64,000 nt of DNA, from positions 992,001 through 1,056,000 of the forward strand of contig CAVNZM010000015.1 in NCBI GenBank assembly GCA_963693365.1. The letters run 5' to 3'. The DNA comes from Amoebidium appalachense. Its lineage: Eukaryota > Protista > Ichthyosporea. The notes under the pieces are model-generated. The model was not told the DNA's origin. It did not search any database and saw nothing but the letters and a program-made list of their open reading frames with translations. Position numbers and translations under genes: made by a program. Below, piece by piece: positions 31,075 to 41,004 of this stretch (position 1 is its first letter; every line of letters starts with the position of its first letter).

Positions 31075-32964
31075 ATGCAGACTCCGGGGCAGGGCACGAA
31101 AACACTCCCCACCCCTCCCCCTACACAGCCTCGTGCTCCCCAGAAACCGAACACGATCACAAAACCCAACACACACACGAACACAAAGGCAACTACGAAG
31201 CCCACTGGCAACGAACAAACGAAGCCCAACGAAAGCACGAAACCCAAAGACAAAACGAAGCGCAACGAACACACGAAAACCAACGAACATACGAACACCA
31301 ACGAACACACGAACACCAACAAACACACGAACGAACTTCAAGTAGCAACGAAGGAAAAAACGAAACAAGACCGGGACACTGCCACAGCTCTGGCAGAGGT
31401 GCGGGGCCGTGTTCTCTCCAAGTTCTATCGTATTGAAACTCTGAGACGTGCCATTCAAACTGCAATCGATGCTGGGCGGCCTGTGATGGACCTCGAAGCT
31501 GATGTCGCGCAGATTTACAGTGAGATTTCGCAGATGGAAGACACCACACTGTCTAGAATGTTGTGCACGTCCGCGAAATGGTCTGAGTTGGAGCGGGAAG
31601 CACAGTTGGTGGCTGAGGCACGTGTGAAAAATACGACGGTGCCCACCACCCCCCGTCCTCCCCCACCCACCACAGGCAAGAAGCCTTTGTCCCCGGTCCC
31701 ATCTGGGTGCACTGATCCCAAGGTAATTGCACCTCCCGCACCCCCCACTAAATTTACATATAAGGATGTGCTTGCGCGCACACTCAGCTACACTGATTCT
31801 GATGCTGAAAATGAAGAAAAACACGAACAAAGTTACGAAGACACACCCACAAACGAAAACGAACACATGACTGCGAAAGTGCACGAAGAAGATCACTTCG
31901 ACCAGCCTAAAGCACCCGTATTTAACGAAATCCCCCTTGCAGGATCCCCTCTGGCGTCTGCAGGTGGACTGGCAGGCACGCCAAGTCGCCCGAGAGGCTC
32001 TGATGTCAGCACAGGCTCAGGAGGTAAGGCTGGGTCTATATTGAACAAGCACTTTGCAGAGCACGAAAAACTGTGGTTGCACCCTCTCCGCCAGTTGCAT
32101 GCATCCGAATACGGCCCCATCTTGGCTGCATTGAAACTACCAGAATACAAGGGTGACTTGCAGGATAAATGCACGGTGATTGAATGGCTGCACGAATTTT
32201 CCCAGCAGATGTTTTGCATTGCAGGGGTCCCCCCCACACTTGCTGTTCGCTGGGCGGTGCAGTGCTTTCCTCTTGCTTCCCCCGCCCGTGTGTGGTACAC
32301 GAATTTTACCAGGACACAGGGAGAACTCACGTTTGATGCATTTGCACATGCACTAGTTACGAAATTTCACGACCAGCGTGTGCAAGAGGCACTCAGTGCC
32401 GAATTAAATGCACTCAAACAAGGCAAGCAAAAGGTGGCCGAATTTGCAAGCAGGCATGCGCGTTTGTGGGCACGTGTGTACCCCCTTAAGTCTGAGGCAC
32501 ACCAAATTTTGGATTTGTCTCACCGATTGGGTGGGGAAGACGAACAAGAATTTCGCAAATATCAACTCAGACAAACACGAAAAGAAGAAGAATTGACCCT
32601 GTCTGGAGTTGTTGCCTATCTCGCAGAAAAAGAAAGAGACAGGCACACACGAACCCCATCCACCATTCTAACACAGAAACCCCCCACAAAACAGCAACCC
32701 GGTGGTGGATCTGGTGCCAGCGAGAAGCCGTCTATTTTTTCGCGCATGGGCACCACCCCCTGCAACCGTGGGTGCAAGTACGGCAGCCACGCCGAAGGCA
32801 AGACGTGCCCGGCCCTCAAATTCGAATGCCACTCCTGCAAGCAGAAGGGGCACTTTGGGGGGTCACCAATTTGCCCCAAGTACGACCCCAACTTTAAGAA
32901 GGGAACCCGCAAGGCAGAGATTGAGGCTAATCGGGCCAAGTTCAAGAGAGCACGTGTAGAATAG
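31075..32964 (+). CDS. Gypsy gag, 5'-truncated
   Basis: Retrotransposon gag core (LPEYKG...ARVWY...FDAFAHALVTKF...LKQGKQKVAEFASR) and zinc knuckle CHSCKQKGHFGGSPIC. Native 5' end, PBS and 5' LTR are absent. The in-frame ATG at 31075 comes from the inverted segment. Confidence 0.85.
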   Translation: MQTPGQGTKTLPTPPPTQPRAPQKPNTITKPNTHTNTKATTKPTGNEQTKPNESTKPKDKTKRNEHTKTNEHTNTNEHTNTNKHTNELQVATKEKTKQDRDTATALAEVRGRVLSKFYRIETLRRAIQTAIDAGRPVMDLEADVAQIYSEISQMEDTTLSRMLCTSAKWSELEREAQLVAEARVKNTTVPTTPRPPPPTTGKKPLSPVPSGCTDPKVIAPPAPPTKFTYKDVLARTLSYTDSDAENEEKHEQSYEDTPTNENEHMTAKVHEEDHFDQPKAPVFNEIPLAGSPLASAGGLAGTPSRPRGSDVSTGSGGKAGSILNKHFAEHEKLWLHPLRQLHASEYGPILAALKLPEYKGDLQDKCTVIEWLHEFSQQMFCIAGVPPTLAVRWAVQCFPLASPARVWYTNFTRTQGELTFDAFAHALVTKFHDQRVQEALSAELNALKQGKQKVAEFASRHARLWARVYPLKSEAHQILDLSHRLGGEDEQEFRKYQLRQTRKEEELTLSGVVAYLAEKERDRHTRTPSTILTQKPPTKQQPGGGSGASEKPSIFSRMGTTPCNRGCKYGSHAEGKTCPALKFECHSCKQKGHFGGSPICPKYDPNFKKGTRKAEIEANRAKFKRARVE

Positions 32965-35900
32965 GAAGGCGGGCAAGGGACTGGTCTCTCCCCAGTAGAA
33001 CATAATGTATTTGATTTAATAGCAGAGCTGGAACTGTGTTCCCCTCTGGCAGATAAATTGCAAAATAAATCTACTGGTGCGGAAATTTCTGTTGTCTCGG
33101 AGCCCTCCCACGAATCTGCATGTGCCCCAACCCCCCACGAACAGTTACCCCCGTGTACTGACCCCCCCATGCACACCGCACACCCCGCCCCCGCGCAAAA
33201 AGAAAAATGTGCATTTTGCTGACCGTGTGCACTCCTCCATTGCAGAACCACGGCATGAAAATGCCACTGTGTGCACATTAACCCACGAAAATAAATGCAC
33301 AGCCACACTTGCGCGAATGTATGTGCATGGGAAGCTAGTCACAGTAGTTGTCGACTCTGGTGCTAGCCATAGCTGTATAAGCACAGCATTTTACGAATCT
33401 CTCCCTGTAGTGGCAAGAAAACGAATTCAGCATGTTCCTAATTTTAGTGTACTGGATGCACAAAGTAACGAAATGACATGCCAAGGAAGTATATCTCTCA
33501 CTCTCGCCATTCCCAACGAATCTGCTCTAGTGGTGCACAGATGGCATGTGATTGATAATCTACCATATGATGCCTTATTAGGTGTTGATTTCATGGGGCC
33601 ACAACAGGGACGAATTGATTACGGTGCTGCAGAACTTTCGTTCATGTATGCTAAGGGAAATCGCAGGTGCAGTATTCCGGTGTGGTGGTTGCGTGGGAGT
33701 GCGGAGGAGACAGCTGTTTCTCGCGTATTAATTACCACCACAGGTATTCACCTCCCGGTAGATGCGTCAAATATCGCAACGTGTAAAATAAAACTCGCTG
33801 CCGGCGCACCACCACCACGAACTTTAGACTGTTGTATGGGCACAGTGGTTCCATGTGGTCCACTTAATTCACGGGCTTACACAACAGCATGCAGTGTCAC
33901 CAGTTTAGCTCGAATTTCGAATAACGAACCCCCCTCTCCACTAGCGAAGAAAGTGTGATCGAGGACGAATACGAATGCAAGGTGTTGTTGACTAACACAT
34001 CGGACCATCATGTGTACCTAGGCCCTGGTACGGAGGTGGCCATGTTTATTCCCTTGCAATCAGATGACACTGTTACTCTTTTAGCACGTCCACACTCCGG
34101 TAATGGAACCAGGAGGGCGACAACCCCACACCCTGGCCATCCATTAGGTACCTCTGCTAAAACGAACTTTTCTTCGCAGGAATCAACCGAAGAACCCACC
34201 GAACACGAACCACACACTTTCCAGGCGGCTACTAATATTAACGGTAGTATTAAGGTGTGTGAACGGAGTAAAATTATGAATATGAGTACGAAAGAGAACA
34301 CCACACAGCGCAGTTCCACGAAAATGAATGGTTTTGGTAATCCAGCACGAACAAAACCAGAGGTAGGGCCACCTACTATCGAAGCAGCAGATGGGGCACC
34401 ATCTACCACTGCACTGGAGGATACGAATAATTTACGAAAGCGTACGCACGAATGTACCTCCGACGGGGAAGCCGCCACAGACGACGACTTGCCTTTTGGG
34501 GTCAAACCTCCAGAAGAATACGACATGCCTGGAACTCCCCCAGACCAACGGAAACCGTTGGCGAAACGGATACGAAAACTGCTTAAGAAATGGAAGCATG
34601 TGTTCTCTGCACACGACAACGACTTTGGTTTGAGTACCTTAGACGAACTGTCGATCGAAGTAACTACCACCATACCACAGTACCGCAGGCCCTATAACAT
34701 CCCACATCACCTTCGCGATAGCCTACACAAACAAATTCAAAATTGGGTAGAGTTTGGAGTGATTGAGCCTGCGTCCAGCCCTTACTCCGCTCCGATGGTG
34801 TTGGTGGCGAAAAAGGACGGGTCTTTAAGAGTCTGCATTGATTTTAGAATGCTGAACTTGATTACGAAGAAAGACGGTTACCCTTTACCACGAATTGACA
34901 TGGCTCTGGGTATGCTCAGAGGTGCCCGCGTGTTTTCCGCACTTGATTTAAACGGTGATTACCACCAAGTCAAAGTAGCCGATAACGACAAAGAAAAACT
35001 TGCATTTACCACCCCCTGGGGGCAGTATCAATTCGCACGCGCACCTTTTGGAGTAAGTAACATGCCTGCTGTCTTTTCAAGGATGATGAACCGTGTATTC
35101 GCTGGTATGCTGTGGACACATGTACTCATATATCTCGATGATATATTAGTTATGTCACCCACTATCGAAGAACATTTTGGGCATTTAGATTCATGTTTTT
35201 CCCGGCTCTGTGATGCAGGATTAAAACTGAAAGGCAGAAAATGCTCTTTGTTCATGGAAGAAGTTGGCTATTTAGGCCATCGCGTATGCCCGGATGGTAT
35301 TAAGGTAGACCCAGAAAAAGTGGCAGCAATAAAGAATAAAAGCTACCCACAAAATTTATCTGAGCTACGAAGTGACCTCGGGTTATTTTCATATTATCGA
35401 ATATTTGTGGACGATTTCAGCCATACGGCTGAACCACTCACGCGAATGCTGGGCACCTCGAAGGAGGATTCAGAATTACTAAAACGAATTCACGCAAAAA
35501 TGCCCCCCTCTACGAAACCCGCCAAACGCAACGGCAGCGCAAAACAACAAAAAGACGAAGCAAAAAATTTGCACGCCGATTCTGCAGCTATTTTGGCCAC
35601 GAAAAAGAAAGCACAGAAAAATGCTGCATGGGTGTGGGGTACGGAACAGGAGAAAGCATACGATACCCTTAAGAATGCGTTAATTAATGCACCTGTGCTT
35701 GCTCACCCCGATTTCACCAAACCTTTTATTGTTGACTCAGATGCTTCACAGTATGCTCTGGGCGCAGTGATTTCGCAGGTAGGTGATGACGGCAAAGAAC
35801 GACCCATAGCTTATGCTAGCAGAACACTCTCTAAGAGTGAACGAAATTATGCGGCGAATAAAAGGGAAGCCTTAGGTGTGTATTGGGCTGTGTGCAAAGC

Positions 35901-37866
35901 ATTTCGCGCTTACACCTATGGGGCTCCTTTCTTGTTACGAACCGACCACTCCAGCTTGACGCGCATTCTGTCTACCGGCGATGCACCGGAACCTGTTGTT
36001 GCAGGCTGGCAAATGGCGCTTTCCGCATACACATACGAAATTCAGCACAGGGCGGGCAAACACCACAGCAATGCTGATGGACTCTCTCGGCCATCTAAAG
36101 AAAATGCGCAACCAGGACCCGAAGATACTGAGCTGACATACCCCTCACTGATCGGCACAGTCTCGGGCTCGTCCACGGTGTTTGCGGTAACACGCTCCGC
36201 CGCAGCGACAGCGCAGGCACAAGCTGCCACCCACCCACCCCCAGCTGAACCCACGAAACCTAATACCACGCCGCCAGAATTTATTCCCCCAAAAGCGGAT
36301 GGACGAATGCCCACCTATGAACAGTATGTGTCAGCACAGAAGGCTGATAAACACATTGCGAAAGTCAGGGCCTACCTGGAAAAAGCACCGGGCTACGAAT
36401 TATTTGGCAACGAAATCGCGATGGAAGCTAGTCGCTGCACCATAGACAATGACCTTGTGTATGTGTGGGTCCTAGAACAGCGTGGCCCCCGCAAACCCAG
36501 CAAGGAACCACGAATTTGGGTGCCGTCTACGCTTGTGCGCCTCGTTTTGGCCGCATGTCACGACGCCCCAACCGCAGGTCACCTCGACGCAGCACGCACC
36601 TTCCACCGTGTTACCCAGATAGCATGGTGGCCACGTGTATGGCAAGACTCGGTGCAGTGGGTAACCACATGCAAAGCCTGTCAATACCGGAAGACACCCC
36701 GAATGCAAAAGAAACTACGAATTCACGATGGTTTTATCCCCACCTATCCCTTTCAATACGTGTCTATGGACATTACTGAGATGCCTACGAAATCTGATCT
36801 CAGAGTTTCCCTGTTGGTGTTTCTCGACCTCTTCACTCGCTGGCCGGAAGTGATTTCATTTCACAAAACACCCACAGCCGAAGATGTGGCAAAGGCATTC
36901 GAAGACTCCATCTACTGCCGTCACGGTCGTCCGGAATTTTTAGTATCAGACAACGGCGCGAATTTGGCAGCTATGTTGGTCACAGATGTCTGTCGAGTGT
37001 TGGCTACAAAACGAATTTTTGCAAGTCCCTACAGCCCCCAGACCAATGGTGCCGTAGAGCGATTCAATCGCACACTTAAGAATATTCTTGCCACTCTCGT
37101 GCAGGATAAACACCACGAATGGATTGACTACTTACCGCAAGTACTGTTTTCCTACCGCACCGCCTACCACTCTTCCTTGGGGGACACGCCATTCTTCATG
37201 CTTTATGGCAGAGATCCGGTCGAGCCCCCCCGCCCCCCAATTGCGGCTTCATGTGGGATGGAGACGGAGGAATACCGTCGAGAACTACTGCAACGAGTGC
37301 AGTATGCCCGGCAAACAGTCACACGAATTATGTCTGAAGCTGCCCGTCGTAGTAAAATCACGGCTAACAAAAATGCTCGTGAACCCACAGAACTCGAGGG
37401 TCTGGTGTTGAAAGCAGTCACAGACTCCACCACCGACCACAGTCTACCCACGGCACTCAGACCTAAATGGGAAGGTCCGTATCGCGTCCTGCGGCGCGTT
37501 ACCGACGCCCCCATGTCTTACGAAATTCAGCGGGTTGGGTCAACGGACACCGTTCGAGCACACGCACGTCACTTGAAGCCGTATTTTCCCCGTGACGACG
37601 TTGATATGACGCCAGCCGACTCTGGTCCGCAAGATTCACCCACCCCCACCTTCGAAGTGGCAAAAATTATTGCCCACAAGTACGACTCGGCAACTGCCCA
37701 AGCCCTTTACAAAGTTCGTTGGAAAGGGTACACGGCTAAGAACGACACCTGGGAACCTCACTCCGGCCTGCAAGACACAGCCGCAGGAGCACTCACAGAC
37801 TACCTAGGTACTTTGGTGGCCGGCCCTGCCAGCCAGCCCGCACGAAAGAAGCGCCGACGTCGCTAA
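32965..37866 (+). CDS. Gypsy pol: protease-RT-RNase H-integrase-chromodomain, with two single-base frame breaks (~33176, ~33930)
   Basis: Protease VVVDSGASHS; RT ALDLNGDYHQ and IYLDDILV; RNase H VDSDASQYALGAV...RTDHSSL; integrase HHCC, VSMDI, VSDNG, PQTNGAVERFNRTLK; GPY motif KWEGPYRV; chromodomain FEVAKIIAH...YKVRWKGY...DTWEP; basic tail RKKRRRR. The 1303-aa ORF at 33955-37866 is open. Confidence 0.95.
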
Positions 37867-37931
37867 CTTCCCTCAGCCTGGTGGTTTACCGTCTCCAGAC
37901 CATACCACCAGGCTCCCGAGAAGGGGGGGAG

Positions 37932-38543
37932 TGTAAACATCTGTACACGCCGTACATGTTTACTATTACGAATATACTGTACATATCATAGTGATCACGT
38001 AGATATTGTGTACATATGATCAGATCAATATCACACGCGACAGCCGCGGGCTGCGGCTCACGACTGAGCCGCGGCGCCGGCAATATGCAGTGGCCGTGCA
38101 GTCAGTGTGAACCAATAGAATTCGAGAACCGCTAGGATAGGAATGCAAGTCTCATCCACTACGGAGGCGACATCTATAGCTAAACGAACGGAACCAATAA
38201 GGAAATCAGACCCAGTTGCATAAACCTAAACGGGCTTAAGTATTGACCAATCATTTGCCACAAAGTTATCCTTTTAGTTAGCTTCATGTTATTGGTGCAC
38301 TGTGTGCACATAAAGACGACCGCACTCTTCTGACTGGTCAGAAGTCACGAAGGCATCAATGCCACCCATCCAGATGATCCGGAACCTGGGGGCTATATAA
38401 ACAAGCCGTCCCAGTACGGGGGATCACTCTGAACGAGCATGTCATTAAATAGTAACCTGGCCGCGTGTGCCTTACTACCCGTTCTCTGTCTTTATTCTGA
38501 TTCAGTTGTTCTCTGCCTTATCCCAACTAGTTCAACTGTTTAC
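37932..38543 (+). repeat. Gypsy LTR-B (612 bp), diverged relative of LTR-A, inverted with respect to it
   Basis: Follows [17 protein letters not shown], starts TGTAAACA, ends TGTTTAC. The TATA region and last ~90 bp match the reverse complement of LTR-A, while the U3 middle differs. Confidence 0.9.
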
Positions 38544-38549
38544 CGCCAA

Positions 38550-39029
38550 TGTAAACAGTTGGACTAGTTAGGATAAGGCAGAGTACAACTGAATCAAAAT
38601 AAAGACAGAGAACGGGTAGAAAGGCACACGCGGCCAGGTTGCTTTTACTATGGGCCGACTCAGTCTGTCTCAGACTTCACTGATGTGATCCCCGTACTGG
38701 GACGGCTTTGTTATATAGCCCCCAGGTTTCGGATCAAGGCCCAGGATTGGTTCATCCGCGGCCAGCGCGGGTGGCAACATGCCATTCGTGATTCTGGTGC
38801 GGTCCGAGCCAGTCAGACCTTCGTCCTATTTATGCAAACCTCTTATTGGTTCACTTCGTTTATGTGGTATGCAGCGGAAGAACCATATATGGTTCAATTC
38901 TTAGGTCAGAGTGAGTCCTATTGGTGCGGACATAATATTTATGTGATATTCATGACAAAGCACGAATCGTGTGCTAGTAGATCACATTCTTTAGTAAACA
39001 TGTACAGTTCATGTGTACAGTTGTTTACA
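38550..39029 (-). repeat. Gypsy LTR-A, right copy (5' LTR in minus orientation)
   Basis: Identical by eye to 28248-28727. Separated from LTR-B by only CGCCAA. Confidence 0.92.
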
Positions 39030-39034
39030 GAGCG

Positions 39035-40565
39035 TGAACATGGTGACCACTGCAGTCGGCAGCAGTGGGGGTAACACCGTGTGTGAGCCGGTAAAGGGCA
39101 GCGCCAGTTTATGGCACCGGCGGTTTGGTCATGTGGCAATAAACACGCTACAGAAGATGGTTAAAGAAAACATCGTCGAGGGTCTGTGCATCGACTGCAA
39201 AACCCAGGATGACGGTGTGTGCGAGGGATGCGCGAGAGGGAAGCAAGCCCGGCTCTCTTTCAGTAAGCTACCCCGCAAGACAGCGCCAGCGAAGCTCGAC
39301 AGAGTTCATTCTGATGTGGCAGGACCGTTCAACAAGGAGTCGCTGCAAGGTTCCAAGTATTATGTCACCTTCATCGACGACAAGACAAGGTTCACTACGG
39401 TGTACTTCATGAAACATAAATCCCAAGTGCATACTTACTTCAAGAAGTACAAGGCACACGTAGAGAAGCAACACGGTGCCAGCATCAAGATTCTGCGTTC
39501 CGACAACGGGGGTGAGTACACCTCCACTGAGTTCAAGTCGTTCCTGGAAGCGTGCGGCATTGAACATGAGGCGACAGTCCCTTACACACCAGAGCAGAAT
39601 GGTGTAGCAGAGAGGGCTAACAGGACCATTGTCGAGACGGCGCGCTGCATGCTGCAGTCAGCAGGCATGAGTATGGGGTTCTGGCAGCTGGCAGTACAGG
39701 CAGCTGTGTACATCAAGAACCTGACGCCAACCACAGTACTGGGTGGCATGACACCTTGGGAGGCATGGTATGGAGAGAAGCCCGATGTTAGCCATCTACG
39801 TGTATTTGGTAGCAAGGCATTTGTCCATGTGCCGAAGGACGAGCGCAGGAAGCTAGACGCCAAGAGTCGGGAGTGTAAATTCGTCGGCTACACAGGTGAC
39901 AGCAAGACGTACTTGTTGTGGGACACCGAGGCGCGCAAGACTATCGTCGGGCGAGATGTGGTGATCGATGAATCATGCACCCCAAAGGCCGGTATTCCGG
40001 TGGTGCAAGATGAGCCAATGGAATTGCTGATGCATAAGCCAATCGGAAATCAGCAGAGCATGGAATCGAGGAATCCAATCAGCGCCAAGAAGCAACATTC
40101 CTTTCGGAAGCCTACAATCGGCACTGACAGTGGATATGATTCAGATGCTATCGGCGACGGCGCGGGCGAGGACAGCGGCGATTCGGACGCGGCAGGGTCA
40201 GGAGACGAGGAAGATAGTGCAGAGTTGCAGGTTGCAACCAGAAGTGCCTATCCGTCTATGACTACAAGGCGCGGTGGGACCTACGGCATCAACGCAGGTG
40301 TAGTAGAGTACCGCGACAGTATCAGCATGGCAATTGAGAGTGCTGATAGCAATGAGGATGACCCTGTGACACTGGAAGAAGCAATCTCCAGGCCAGCATC
40401 AAACACATCGACGTTCAGTACCACTACACCCGTGAGTGTGTGGAGAATGGGGATGTAGAACTTGTGTATTGCAGCACGAACAGTAACGTGGCCGACATGT
40501 GCACCAAAGCTTTAGGGAGACTTAAGTTAGTGCAGCATCGGCAGGCCATCGGCATGGCTGAGTAA
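39035..40565 (+). pseudogene. Copia integrase plus out-of-frame RNase H tail; RT deleted
   Basis: LWHRRFGH...CEGCARGK, VHSDVAGP, LRSDNGGEY, PEQNGVAERANRTI. After DPVTLEEAISRP (~40395) another frame reads KHIDVQYHYTRE...NVADMCTKAL to the stop at 40565. Confidence 0.93.
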
Positions 40566-40698
40566 GAACTACAATTAGTGTAGTGTTAATGTTCGTGTAG
40601 TAGGTGTTATATGTGTTAGTATAGTAGCATAGTTTTAGAGTTGCATCTTAGGTTTAGGTTGCATGCGGTAGATAGATAGAACACAGTGCAAGTGGGGG

Positions 40699-41004
40699 TG
40701 TCGAACAGGATAGCCATCCGGTATGCCCTGCGTTAGCGTAGCACCAGTGATCGGGAATATTCGAGATATTCGGGATAAACTGGTGGATAGGTTCACGATA
40801 GATCAGGATAGATCTAGAAGAGTCTAGAAGATTCTATTGGAGTGCTTTGATTGGTAGCGACTAGATCCATAGCGGCAGGTAGACCAATCGGGAATAGTAT
40901 GTAACATTCCAGTGGGCCAGACCACAAGTATATAAAGGTCCCGGCTGGCCAGTCAATGCAAGTCAGCAAATAATAAAGTCTCACAGAGAAACCTCTAAGT
41001 TACA
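40699..41004 (+). repeat. Copia 3' LTR
   Basis: TG...CA termini, preceded by PPT, followed by TSD AGTCT. Confidence 0.95.

Larger units (their letters stand above)
28248..39029. mobile_element. Ty3/Gypsy composite with three LTRs (outer pair minus-oriented; internal gag-pol and third LTR plus-oriented)
   Basis: 480-bp TGTAAACA...TGTTTACA repeats at 28248-28727 and 38550-39029, identical by eye. TSD GAGCG at 28243-28247 and 39030-39034. Confidence 0.93.
26649..41004 (+). mobile_element. Ty1/Copia LTR retrotransposon, RT-deleted, interrupted by a nested Gypsy composite
   Basis: LTRs at 26649-26953 and 40699-41004 (~306 bp, 2 internal mismatches seen). TSD AGTCT at 26644-26648 and 41005-41009. 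PBS-like sequence 26954-26968. PPT AAGTGGGGG before the 3' LTR. Domain order gag-PR-IN-(RT missing)-RNase H. Confidence 0.95.

Noticed and set aside
28248-39029. DIRS-type (tyrosine recombinase) interpretation of the inverted LTR arrangement
   Set aside because: The element encodes a DDE integrase and aspartic protease, has TG...CA ends, PPTs and a 5-bp TSD, and shows no tyrosine recombinase.
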